Shown: positions 39,235 through 51,060 of the stretch, one piece after another
How positions within the stretch are numbered: the stretch's first letter is position 1
Layout: every line of letters begins with the position of its first letter
Assembly: GCF_036321535.1 (NCBI RefSeq)
Contig: NC_087436.1
Span: 31,312,001 to 31,376,000, forward strand
DNA: 64,000 nt
Direction of reading: 5' to 3'
From: Camelus dromedarius
Lineage: Eukaryota
Made by a program: the position numbers and the translations under genes
Notes under the pieces: model-generated
Databases searched by the model: none
Told to the model about the DNA's origin: nothing
What the model saw: only the letters and a program-made list of their open reading frames with translations

Positions 39235-39575
39235 ATGGCTAATGTTTATGGAAAGTCAACTCTGCAAAATTCTGTTCTTCATGCTTTAGAATCAAGGTTT
39301 TAAGTAGATGTCATCATTTGACACACGAAAAAGCTGAAGCTTCAAGTGACTAAGTAAGTCACTCCATGATTACATGGTTTATCATCTAAGCAGAACATTT
39401 CTGAGAGTGAAAGGAGGAACTAACTGGTAAGGATACTGAGACAGTAGGTATAAAAAGGCACTGTCCTGGGCAAACTACAATATGTGTCATTCTACCCAAG
39501 GATGTGGTACAGCTGAGATTCAAACCCAAGCAGACTAACTCTAGAGCATGGAACATTAACCATTATGCTATACTT
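39235..39575 (-). mobile_element. MIR SINE split by MER94
   Basis: aagctgaagcttcaagtgactaagtaa | insert | cagctgagattcaaacccaagcagactaactctagagc. Confidence 0.7.
39365..39494 (+). mobile_element. MER94-like hAT-Blackjack MITE
   Basis: tttatcatctaagcagaacatttctgagagtgaaagg...ctgtcctgggcaaac...gtcattcta. Confidence 0.7.
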
Positions 39576-39989
39576 AGTGGTTACTTCTTTTTCAAGTAAC
39601 AAAGAAGAAATGGGGTAATGATGTGCCTGGAAAGCGTTGTAGTGTATTGTGAGCAAGTCGTCAAATATGGATAAAATAAGGTTGCACTGACGTATGCAAA
39701 CAACTAATTAACTGGGCCAAGTATCCTGCTGGGGGAATGGGGTTCTAAAGTCAGCAAGTACTGTGAAAATTGAGTAGTCAAACTTTGCTTTAAAAGCTTC
39801 CCAAGGACCAATACCATAAAAAGCACCAGGAGGATTGATCCCAATTGCAGGAACAAAAGATTTCTACTCATCTTCTTTCTCTTTCTTTCTTTCTTTCTCC
39901 CTTCTTTCATGAAGGTCTGCAGTTTGAGTCTGATGAGTTCAATGAGCATAACGTGCAATCACTGAACAGTTCTGAGTAGCATAAAATTA

Positions 39990-40790
39990 GTGCTCTGGAA
40001 GTATCAAGGAAAATGACCCCCACAAAAAGTAGGAAAATAGGTTAGATGACATAAAGGTATTGCATTTGAACTGAGTGCATGAGGATAATAATAACAGGCA
40101 GAGAATGGAGGTTAGGACACACCGGACTGAGATAACAACGTGAGAAAAGACATGAGGATCTTGAAAATGCCTACCCTGGAACATCAGACCCAGAGAAAGA
40201 TGTAGTTAACGTGTAAGATTATGCAGAACCTTGAATGCCAGCTCAATGAGTTTGGTCTCATTCTACATCAGTGTGTGACAGCCTTTGATAAGAGTCAGAT
40301 TCACCCACAAAGCATTTTCTTATGAGAGCCATTATCCAGTATTATGGAGCTAGTCATAAAAGGAATGAAAGTTGCTTCTGAAGCCTGGAAATGGTTTTGA
40401 TGGTGAAATGTGGACTTCTGGTTTTCATATATATGCCCTGTGGTGCTGGGTGGGGTTTTTTTTTTGGGGGGGGGGGATGAGGAGATGATGCATGTAATCC
40501 TTTATAATTAAAAAATTACATATGCATACAAAACTGATCTGCTCAATACTTGTCTTAAGAGCTCCTGTCCATGGGGAAACATGAGTGTCTGCATGTTTAA
40601 AACATTTCAAACCTGAGTCTCACGAGCACAGAAGCCAGGGACAATTATCGGCAATGGTGAGCCACTATAGGTTTTTGTGATCAGCTCTATTTTAACAATT
40701 TTTTTCTGACAATTTCCTGTGAAGGAAAGAAAGTTGAGGACTGAGAATGTTTAGAAAAATTCTAAATAGTTTAAGGATGAGTGGCATCCA
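39990..40790 (-). mobile_element. L2 fragment with a ~380-bp unidentified insertion (40268-40648)
   Basis: ccttgaatgccagctcaatgagtttgg | insert | ggcaatggtgagccactataggttttt are contiguous in antisense L2. Confidence 0.5.
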
Positions 40791-40944
40791 AACCACTTCT
40801 TAGATACAGACTGGCTGACATTAGATGCTATTCTCCGCTACACAAGCTTGGGAGAATAGCTTCACATAAAGTGTGAATAACAGAAGAAACTGTCGAAATA
40901 AAAATTCTGCAAGCAAGAGAGTGTGTTGCTATACTCTGATATAT

Positions 40945-41775
40945 GTTTTAATCGCCCATAAACCTGACTTCAAATCCTAGCTCTGCCATTTATCCGCTGT
41001 CTAACTTTGGACAAGATACTGGACCTCTCTAAGTCTTAGATCCTCACCTGGGAAACGGGAGTCGTAGCTGATTTTGATACCAGGCCTCTTTCAAGAGCCA
41101 AACACTTAGGGGTCCTGGGGTAATTTAAACATAGGCAGAAGCCAATCTAACTCACAAAGTCTTAGGACATTTTAGAGTCCCAAATACTGGCCAGACATCA
41201 TGGAGACTGTACACGGGCAGCTCCCACCTGGCTTAAAGTATGAACAATCTGGCCCAGACATACAAAAGAGATGTACAGACTTACAAACACATCAGTGGTT
41301 TCTACCTGAAGATCAAACATTCAGTTCCAGACGTGTCAGTTGGAACTATCTTCCCCACAGCTGGAAAACAGCTCAGCCTCATATAGGATATTTCCTTCCC
41401 ACTGATGTATTTTCCTGACTTTAATTAACTTCCCACCCATCTTTGCAGATAGACTGATCCTAAATCAATGTCCTTTTTTCTCACTGTTTTCAAACCTTCT
41501 CTCTTAATCAAGGCAAGGTCTTGTGATAGATACATCTATAGCCTATTCATCTCACGGGGAGGTGCTTCTCTTTCTTGTGATATCGCACAGCGACCCTGAG
41601 CTAACCTGCCTTCCACAGGCTGAAACCCACTCAGCATTCTTGGTTCATTTCTGATACCCCATTCTCATGACTCCCGGAGACAACTACCTTATCAGTTTGT
41701 CATAAATATCAAATTAAAAATAATATATATATATAAAGTTCCTAGCACTGAATAGGCACTGAATAAATGCAATTT
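40945..41775 (+). mobile_element. MIR SINE split by a ~610-bp insertion
   Basis: ttcaaatcctagctctgccattta...ctcacctgggaaacggg | insert | actaccttatc...cctagcactgaataggcactgaataaatg. Confidence 0.7.
41069..41682. mobile_element. Unclassified LTR-like insertion
   Basis: Splits a MIR; TG...CA termini; LTR-like size; no TSD or family recognised. Confidence 0.45.
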
Positions 41776-41779
41776 ATTA

Positions 41780-41950
41780 GATTCAGGTTCAAATCCTGGC
41801 ACCATTTACAAACTAAAGGATAAATTTCTTTATCTGTAAGCTCCACAAATACTAACTACCTTAAAGAGTCGTTATGAGGAGTAAGTAATAAAGTAGGATA
41901 ACAAATCTAGGCATGTCACTCACTTACAAGGGGCTCCAGAAACATTAATT
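41780..41950 (+). mobile_element. MIR SINE (degenerate)
   Basis: ggttcaaatcctggc...ctaccttaaagagtcgttatgagga. Confidence 0.6.
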
Positions 41951-42024
41951 TCCTTCTTTGCAATTCCACTCCTCCAAAAAAGCACAATGCCCTGGCATTC
42001 CGGAGAGAGGGAAAAGGAAGTGAA

Positions 42025-42270
42025 CACTTGGTATGGGCGTAGGCTCAGGAGCCAAGATGTCTGGGCTCGAACCACAGCTTTCACAGCTCTGTAGCTCTGG
42101 GTGAGTTATTTAAGCTTTTGGTACTTCAATTTCCACATCTGTAAAAGAGGATAATGATAGTATCTACCTCACACGGGTAGTTGTAGGATTAAACCAGAAG
42201 ATACACGTGAGGTGCTCAGGACAGGATCTGGCCCCTAATAAGTGCTCAATGAATATCAGTTAGCTAGTAC
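42025..42270 (+). mobile_element. MIR SINE
   Basis: catctgtaaaagaggataatgatagtatctacctcacacgggtagttgtaggattaaa...aagtgctcaatgaata. Confidence 0.85.
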
Positions 42271-42455
42271 CGTTATTTTGTTTGAAAGCTCCCTGTAGAC
42301 TTTAGACCATGGCAAAAAAAAAAGCATCAGTGGCATGCACAGTCCCTAGAGGGGAAAGGTTACTCCTGCTCTTCTCAATTGTTAGGGGTAAAAGTACTGT
42401 CCGCCATGGCCTTTTTAGATTCACCTACTTTCAGAGCTGAACTGTAATCACTCTT

Positions 42456-42840
42456 TGTCTTAGGTTCCTACGACTGCTGTAACAAAGTACGACAAGCTGG
42501 AATAGCTTAGGCCACGATCTCTCTGAAAAATCTAGGGACGTATTCTTCGAGCATTTGTTGGCTATCTACTTAGTGCTCCTTGGCTTGTGGACTCAACACT
42601 CCAGTCTCTGGCTCTGAATTCACGTGGCACTCTCCGTGTCTTCCTCTGGCCTTCTTCCTGTGTGCCTCTGCCCGTGTCTCCTCACCTCTTCTTGAAACAA
42701 CACCCTAATGACTACATCTTACCTTAATTACATCTGCAAAGATCCTATTTCCAAATTGGGTCACATTCTGAGTACTAGGGGGTTAGGACTTCAACATATC
42801 CTTTGGAGGGGGAGGGAGTGACAGAGTTCAAACCGTAGCA
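42456..42840 (-). mobile_element. MaLR solo LTR (MLT1A-C-like)
   Basis: ctgctgtaacaaagtac; ttaattacatctgcaaagatcctatttccaaat...gggttaggacttcaacatat; 5-bp TSD ctctt/ctctc. Confidence 0.85.
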
Positions 42841-43174
42841 CTCTCAAAATACATATTTGGACACAAACCTCATAATTCTTAACAAGAACTCTTTTGATAG
42901 CATCCCCCCAAAGCTCTGAATACTGTATAAAATTAAAACTGAATCATGCTGCTACCAGGAAAGGGACACTGAATAGTGTGGACTTTGAAAGTTTGCTATA
43001 ACCACCCAACTTGCTTTTTGCTGTTAAAAGCGAAGAAAAGTTTGAAAAAGTTTCTATATTTTAAAAACGACAATAACTTTAAGGCAAACATTACTGTTAA
43101 ATAACTGGTTATACAAAACCCCAAGAAAAGAACCATTTCAAAAATTTGATATGAAGAACACAACCTAAGCTCTA

Positions 43175-43191
43175 TGTGTGTGTGTGTGTGT

Positions 43192-43228
<37 letters not shown>
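43175..43228. repeat. (TG)n microsatellite
   Basis: Directly visible, one TA interruption. Confidence 0.97.
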
Positions 43229-43230
<2 letters not shown>

Positions 43231-44349
43231 CATGTGCACTTGCACACACATGCACACAGCTGCACATTCATTATTTGCCTCTGTGTCCCTGGAAAAGACG
43301 GAAATGATCTGAAATCAAGCAAAGCAGATGGCTGAGTGGGCCTTGTGAATCTCATGTATCCCAAGGAAGATAAGAAGACACTGCAACATTTTTTCAAGAA
43401 AAAAATAGAGTTTTTTAAGTTTCTACACTCTGTCCTGTCTATTTCCATGCAGCTTGGAATATTCACTTTTGAAATCTTCGGAGGTTAGGACTCTGAGGAA
43501 GACTTACCATCTAAATGAGATAATGCAAGAGCCTTTGTTCAGGATACCTTTCCTTGTAAACCAGAAATACACAGACACACTAACACGGCTTACAGACGTG
43601 CCTCGCGTTACACTCCAGTTATGTTTCTGAAAGAGCTTTGTAGAAGTCGAAGAAAAATAATCTTTTTACTCAGAAATAATCTTTTACAGAAGTGCTCACT
43701 GTTGTTAAAAGAATTTTATGTTTAAGCCTCTTATAAAGCAAGAAATCTTTTGGGAACATTTCTACTGTATAAATGTAAATAACTTATTATTTACGTGGAG
43801 AACTGTTCTGTACATGATAGAGGGACTGCACCACACAGGTAACATATTAACACGACAAGCCTCATCTCCCTTGCAAACATCTTACACACAAACACCAGAT
43901 GAGTTTTCCTAACATATTATTTTGCAGTGGTTTCTGACTGGCATTGAGGGTCTTTTATAACCATCTCTCAAGCCTGTAAGAGCTTTGAATACTTTTGGTC
44001 ACCCAGCTTGATTTCTGCTCCTTAAATCTTTTCTGCCTGTAATTCTGGAATCCCAATAAATTTCTATGTGTGTCCCTAGCATCCTTTGTGATCTAGCTTG
44101 CATTTCCTCCTTGAAGTTTTCTTTAACACTCATACCCCACCGTGCACACAGTAATGTTGCCATTTTGTGAATACCTATGGTGTTTTATTATCTCTCATTT
44201 GACATCTCTTAATTTCTTCCTCATAAAATAGTTATCTTTTCACAAGTCTTAACCAGTTCAATCATTTCTGAGGGTAATAATTTATAGTCTTTCATTGTGC
44301 CTCCTTCCCGTGGCCTGAAATAAAGTCTGTCCTCATGCTATTTGAGGAC

Positions 44350-44850
44350 AGGTTTACTGTTACAAACACAGTCTGTGCACAGCACTGCACTGGATGCCAC
44401 AGGAAATATGAGTAAGACCTAGTTTCTACCTCAAGTATAATCTGCTGGGGAGGGGGGGAGATTCAAGTAAATACAAAAGGCTGACTATGACAAGGCTACA
44501 AGGAGGCTATAAACAAGGGGAGGGCCAGGAGGAGACAAAGCAGACTAGATGGCTTGCAGTAGTAAGGATCCGGAGGGGCTTCGTGGGGGTGATTTTTGGA
44601 ATGAACTGTGAGAGGGGGGTGGGATTTTCACGGGCAGTAATGGAAGCCATTCGAGAAGCAGAGACCAGACTGAGCACGAGAGCCCTCGGTGAACACTCGC
44701 ATTTTGTTAGGAACTGAGCAATGAGCAGTGGTAAACAGAAGGTGGTAATCCCAAGGCTGGTTAGCATGGGCAATGTTATAAGGACCTCCATGTCTGGCTG
44801 AGAACGTACAAAGCAGTAAGTCATAATGCTCCACTTTCTCCACTTGGAAA
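44350..44850 (-). mobile_element. L2 3' region
   Basis: ctgtgcacagcactgcactggatgcc...taagacctagtttctacctcaag...ggaggggcttcgtggggg antisense L2 pattern. Confidence 0.6.
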
Positions 44851-47420
44851 ACTAGCATAGTTCAGGAAGAGATTTTTGTTTTGATTGGTAACACTGGGTT
44901 GTTAATACTGGAATTACACTGTGCCTAAAATCCTAAATTAATTGAAAAGCAAAGCCTGCACTAACCACACTCAGGAGCTTGCACTGTTATTCCTCAAAGC
45001 CATAAATCAGAACAAATCAGGACAGAGGCAACTGGGCTTCCTACCAAATATTAGTGAATTTCACCTGCATCTTTCTCTCTCAGGAGAACAAAAAAAAGAA
45101 AGAGAGAAAAAGAGGATAAACTTTCAGTTACCCGAATTTGCCAAGGGGACAGATTAGCTATAACTGTGTGAATCTGTCTGCTCAGTGCCTCATGTATCCC
45201 TGCATGTAGCCAGATAATTGATTGATAATTTTCTAATCATTTGTAAGCATGACTCATTTCTAGGAGGAAGCTGTAACATATCAAGATGAAAGAAACTGTG
45301 TTCTCAACAAACATTTAGTTTTCATTCCATATTTTGTATTACAAATAACAACTCACTACATTCATGTTGGTTCAAGTACACTTAGAGGAAGAGAAAGAGA
45401 GAAAAAATTAAATACATTTGATTTTTTGTGGGTATTTAATTACAAAAAGAAGAAAAGAACAACAGTGAGTGCTTACAGTAGGCACTCAAATTTTTTCTCA
45501 AACTTGCTACATGCCTCTCAAACTAGATAGATTTTCAGATTTCTATATATTACTTAGAAAGCCTCATATTAATAATGGGAAAGTCATCTTTGGGGTCATG
45601 GCATGCACTTTTCTATTGGTCAGGAATATTTCTCAGTATATTTTTCTATGCTTGGTTTAGCCTGATTCTAAGTGTGTCCTCTGCTACTCAGGAGACTTTC
45701 TATTTCTTTTGTATATGTGTTGCTCTACCAAATTTTTTTTCTCACATTCAACCTAAACCTTTCTTTCCCCTTACCCTGTTTCAGAATATATGTTCTAAGG
45801 ATGCCAAGTCACAGAAGACTTACATTCTAATCGCTGAGATTTGAAGTTGTTGATTTGCGTTTTCTTTTTTTTTTTTTTTAATCCATTAGCCACATTCTCT
45901 TTTAGCCGCAGAGGAACAGATGTTGAGCTTCTAATAAGAAAAAGCATGAATCTCATAGGAAAACAGTATCTCCTGGTTCTAAAAGCAACATCAGAACAGA
46001 GTAGAAGATTCTAATATCTGACTAAATTTTGCTTAGGAAATGAAAACTCTATGGTCTCGTCTGTGTACATTTGCTAATGTTTCAGTCTAAAATAACTAGT
46101 AAGACCTTCTTAATCTTGATATATATGTCCTCCCAGCAGCAAGGAACTGTGCTTCATTCCAACCCTTAGAATTTCTCTTCTGTGATTAGTTTACCAAGCT
46201 TGTAATCCTGAACTTGAACTTCCTACTTTCTATATATAGAGTAAAGTGGAATACAGAAGGGCATAATCATTCCTCAATCATAAGTATTCTCAGTTCATGC
46301 CATTCCATAGAAAAATAAAGTTTAAAGTGCAATCAGGTACTTTGATAGAAAACCTCAGTTCTTTGATTACTTCTGAAGAGGTATATGCATTAACGTCAAA
46401 TCATCACTTGATGTAAAAGGCTAGATTTTTCGATAAAAAGCAGCTTTTATAGTACATTTAAATCAGATAGATAAGCAGTTAAATGCCTTTGTGCTTTGTA
46501 ACTCTGGTCCCCTGGTGTGTCTTCTGATGAATATGGGAATAACTGAAAACCACATTTTGAAACTGACTAGAAATTGGCTAGAATTATGGATATTAGAGTA
46601 TTACAAGACAGTGGAGTCTGGGTTGGAGGTGGTGTCAGAAAACCCACGTTTAAAGCCCTTAGTATCTGATCTATGTTTTCTTCCTCTTTATTTATCCCCA
46701 CAAATAACATAGTATCTTGCATAGTGCTAATGTTAAAAAAAAAAAGTATTGTTTTTATACCAGAAAGAAAGAGATGAGGAAGTAGAGACAGTCTGTACAA
46801 ACAAGTCTTTTGGAGAAATTTTACTATATAGGGGAGTAATAGCTAGAGGAAGGGTGTGAGGTCAAGGGAAGGGGCTTATAAGAGACAGCTTGAAATGGAA
46901 AGCAGCCATCTAGGACTTAGATGTGGTATGAAGGAGGAGACAGGAGGGCTTGTACTGCTGTCTGCAGGTTAAATGGGACCTTTAATTGATTTTTGATACA
47001 ATACCCTATGACTTGCTTATAGTACAGTTACAACTGTGTTTTATGATAGGTACCCTTGTTAATGAAAGGAAGTGAGTTCTACTGGGAGCTTGGTTTTGAC
47101 TTGATAGCTGTTCATAAGAGGGCGGCAGAGCTAAGAAATCAAGACAGAGCTCTGAAAGGTGGTCCCTGCAGGATACTGACTCTGTTACATACACTTCAAA
47201 TATACTAGAGGAAGTGGGCCCTTCCTCCCAGGACCTCAATGCTGAAAACTAGCTTAGAGACCCCAGAGGCTCCAGACTTTGGAACATACTGGAATAACAT
47301 GACCAGGCTTTGAGATCTGGAGGGAAAGAAGCAATTATAGAGCTTTTTGAGTGCGGCAGAATGGCTAGTAGAGAGGGAAGATGTAGCTATTATGTTTAAG
47401 CACTTTTAAAAAGAATGAGG

Positions 47421-47673
47421 TCATTATGCATTTGTCAAAGCCATTATGCATTTGCACAACATCAAGAGTGAACCCTAAAGTAAACTATAGAATTTGATAA
47501 TAATGTGTCCATGTTGGTTCATTGATTGTACCAAATATGTCACACTGATGAGGGATGTTGAGGGTAGGTGAATACATATGTGTGGGTGGGGAGGGCTATG
47601 TGGGAACTCTGTATTGTCTGCTCAATTCTGCTGTAAACCTGAAGCTGCTCTAAAAAAATAAATCTATTATTAA

Positions 47674-47715
<42 letters not shown>
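47421..47715 (+). mobile_element. L1MC-like 3' end with (TAGA)n tail (47675-47718)
   Basis: caagagtgaaccctaaagtaaactat...gggaactctgta...ctgtaaacctgaagctgctctaaaaaaataaa; perfect 9-bp TSD agaatgagg (47412-47420 / 47716-47724). Confidence 0.88.
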
Positions 47716-47718
<3 letters not shown>

Positions 47719-48077
47719 ATGAGGCTGGACCATTGTTTATTATAAATAGACTGATTCCCCTAGAGTAATCACCATGACTACTAGTCAAAAGAATGATTGT
47801 TGATATAGAAGAAGAATCAAATTTGTTCTATGCAACTTTGTAAAGTTAGGACTAGAATAGGGAGACAGAATCCACTCAGTATTAGGAAGAGCACCACACA
47901 CACAAAAAAAAAACTGTTGAGTTATGTCCTTGAAGTATTGAAGCAGGGGAATAAATATGTATTAAATGATTTAATAAACCTAGAGCCATTGTTTTCCATA
48001 GACAAGTTCTGTGACCCACCTCTACACCTTTGTTCATGAAGACTAATTCTCCACTCTTCAACACGACTTCATTGCCT

Positions 48078-48320
48078 AAATAACAATCATAGCTGACACT
48101 CATTATATGCCGGGCACTGTTCTAAATGCATTATGCATATTGACTCTTTTAATCCTCATGACAATCCTATGATTATTATACAATTACTATCTCCCTTCTA
48201 TGTATAAACTGAGGAACAGAGAGGCTGACTTGCCTGAGGTCACCCAGAGAATAAGTGGCAGAGCCAGGATTCAAACCCAGGCATTTTATTTCCAGTGTCC
48301 TTTCTCTTAAAGCATTACTA
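48078..48320 (-). mobile_element. MIR SINE
   Basis: tgccgggcactgttctaaatgc...aaactgaggaacagagagg...gagccaggattcaaacccagg. Confidence 0.85.
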
Positions 48321-48371
48321 GTTTATTCCCTCTACTCTCTGACCCTTTCCTAATCTCCTCTCCCCTCATAA

Positions 48372-48563
48372 CAGTGGTTCTTAAACTTGTCTGTTTCAGA
48401 ATAACCTGGAGAATATGTTAAAACACTGACTACTGAGGCTCACCTCCAAGTTCTTAATTCAGAAGGTCTAGGGTGGGGCCTGAGATTTTGCATTTCTAAC
48501 AAATTCACAGGTGTTGCTGCTGCTAAGCCTGCTGCCCTGGAAATCTCACTGTGAGAACCACTG
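48372..48563. mobile_element. MER5A hAT-Charlie MITE
   Basis: TIRs cagtggttct / agaaccactg; ggtctagggtggggcctgagattttgcatttctaacaa core. Confidence 0.88.
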
Positions 48564-48619
48564 GCCTGCAGAATCATTGTTTGTAAAATATTCAGCTAAT
48601 CTGGGGGCTTAGTAAATAG

Positions 48620-49047
48620 TATCCATGAGGCCAAAGGCTATGCATTCTTACCAAAGAAACACAATTGGTCTACTTAAAGAACAAAGCTCATTAACTCTTG
48701 TACAACCACCCCGGGCAGTTCAATCAAGATTGTCATTCAGGATACAGAATGCTTCCTTTCCGTTGCCCCGCCATTCCTCAGACATTATTTTCTACATGGC
48801 CAAAGCTGGGATTCTGCCACCCGTAGGTTCCATCAAGTGGGGATGGGAAGGTATACTCAATAAATTAAGGCCCAGAGCCAGAAGTGACACATGTCATTTC
48901 TACTCACATTCCATTTGCAACAATTAAGTCATCTGACCAGAATAACTACCAGGGAATTTTAGAAGTATTCAATATATTCAAAAATTTGAGACCATAGATG
49001 GAACATAGGAAGACAGCTTTGGTGGTTAATATGTAATCTCTGCTACA
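48620..49047 (-). mobile_element. MaLR LTR (MLT1I/J-like)
   Basis: ccagaagtgacacatgtcatttctactcacattccatt...end aatctctgctaca. Confidence 0.65.
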
Positions 49048-49294
49048 AATCTACTTCTTATACTTCTACTTTGTCCCTTCTAAACACATGCCCTGACTCC
49101 CTAACTGCACTAGATACTACCTTCATGCTTTATGTTCTCATGGAGTCCAGAGCAGTCACAATTTCCACACTGGAGGGACTCAACAACTATGATCAATCAA
49201 ATTACCCAGAGTAAGGTATTTAACTAACCTATAATTATTTAATTACCAGAGTATGCTAATGATATCTGTTCTATCAATCTTAAAGACATACTAT

Positions 49295-49535
49295 AAAAAT
49301 TGTCATTGCTCTTAGATTATGTCAGGCAGTTCACTTAAGCATTTTACTTAAATCATTCATTTAATCATCACACAAACCCCGTTTCCTGTAAGAAAACCTC
49401 ATTTTTCAGGTTAAGGAAAGAAAGCCATATGAAGATTAAGTGACTGGCCCCAATTACACATCTATTATTTGGTAGAACTGAGTTTTGGATACACACAGAT
49501 GTGACTCCAAGTCTTTGCTTTAAACTACTACTGAA
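49295..49535 (-). mobile_element. MIR SINE
   Basis: tcatttaatcatcacacaaacc...gattaagtgactggcccaattacaca. Confidence 0.65.
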
Positions 49536-49699
49536 CCTTCAAATATACAAACATGAAATGATTAATTATTTAATGTATGAACTGAGCCACCTTTCAAAGA
49601 TTAGAAGGTTATTCATGGCATTAATATTTAGTTTGATGGTGTTTCGCTAAGAGATTACTGCATGAAGTCATAGGAGTCTGATTTCGAGGCATCTAATCT

Positions 49700-49830
49700 A
49701 CTTGTCCTCAAGCCTAGTTGAGTGCAAGGATTATGCGGGGAACTTCTAAAGAAAAAAAAAGCCACTGTCTGGACCCACTCCAGAGCAATAAATCAGCATC
49801 TCTGGGGTGAGGAACAGGCATCCATATGCT
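49700..49830. mobile_element. MER5-like hAT fragment
   Basis: ggacccactccagagcaataaatcagcatctctggggtg...caggcatc. Confidence 0.5.
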
Positions 49831-50461
49831 AATATATGTTTTAATTGCATAGATCTAACCAACAGAAGGTATTCAACTAATGAAGGGGTGGTCGTGCTGA
49901 CCCAGCAAGCAGGCAGCATCCGGACCGGAAGACCTAGATGCCAAGCTACATTTCATAGGTGAGCTTTAAAACCTTACTGCCTTTAAACCAAGGTGTATTA
50001 TTAGAAGTCTTCAATATTTCCATTCCCAGATTCTGTTCGGCACACATTCCTTAGTTTAGATAAGTTTTCTTTTAATGGTTGGTACTCTATAACGTTGCCT
50101 CCATGCTGTGACACACAACTCATAGGAAGTTCTTTTAGTGAGACATTTAATGAAAATGCCCTTTGATGAGAACCAAGATGGACCTTACCCTGAAATCCTC
50201 AGGATGACAAATAGCACAATCAAGTTCCAATATTGGTTATCAGTGCAGTATTGTTCCATATTGTTTAAGCCTCTGTGTAGCCCACCAGGGTATTTTCAAA
50301 GCCTGCTAACCACTGCAGCTCAGACCATGTCTACATTCTCATCTCTGTCATCTATTATCCCTCTTAAGAGAAGAGAAGAAAGTATTCCTTCTTCTGGAAG
50401 AACAAAAGAGCTAGTGATGAAATAGAAATTCTGTAGTGTATCTAAATTTTAATACTCAATC

Positions 50462-51060
50462 TGTAGCAGAGACTATTAGGTGTTCTTCAATACCCATCCT
50501 CTCTTTTTCCTCAGTAATGGAATCCCTGAATATTAGTTGGTCACATGAAGGCACAAAAATAAAGACCGCATCGATGCTCCATGTGACCCAAAGATGAAGT
50601 TCTGGCCAATGGAATCTACGCAGAAACAATTTGTGAAAGTCCTGAGAAGTAACCTTAAGGTGAGGGAGTATGCCTATTTATTTCTCTTTCCTTCTTCCTA
50701 ATCTCCAAAATGATGATACGATGACTGGACCTCCAACAGCCACCTCAGACAGAGAACCCGACGGTGCATGTTGAAGATGGCAGAATCAGAAATGATGAAC
50801 GTGAATTCTCAGTGAGTTGGGAGTTGTCCTACCAGCCCAGGACTGTCTGTATTACCTTTTCTCTCCGGTTAGACTACCTCTATTTTGTTTGCTTTAAAAG
50901 GGGGAGGTAATTAAGTTTATTTGTTTTTACTGGAGGTGCTGGAGATTGAACCCAGGACCTCATGCATACTAGGCATGCACTCTACCACTGAGCTATACCT
51001 CCCCCCATCTCTGTTTTGGTATTTCTGTCACCTGCCATGGAATCGGATGCCAACTAATCC
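50462..51060 (+). mobile_element. MaLR solo LTR (MLT1J-like) containing a SINE
   Basis: tgtagcagagact...caatacccatcctctctttttcctcagtaatggaatccc; aagttctggccaatggaat; gaagatggcagaa. Confidence 0.8.
50888..51006 (-). mobile_element. vic-1-type camelid tRNA-derived SINE
   Basis: Minus strand GGGGGGAGGTATAGCTCAGTGGTAGAGTGCATGCCTAGTATGCATGAGGTCCTGGGTTCAATCTCCAGCACCTCC, with A box, B box and tail AAACTTAATTACCTCCCCC; TSD acctctattttg (50876-50887) / atctctgttttg (51007-51018). Confidence 0.9.

Noticed and set aside
42996..43466. Longest ORF in the window (156 aa)
   Set aside because: Runs through a (CA)n microsatellite giving HTHT repeats; spurious
50930..51006. tRNA-like sequence
   Set aside because: SINE head with a SINE tail and TSD, not a tRNA gene
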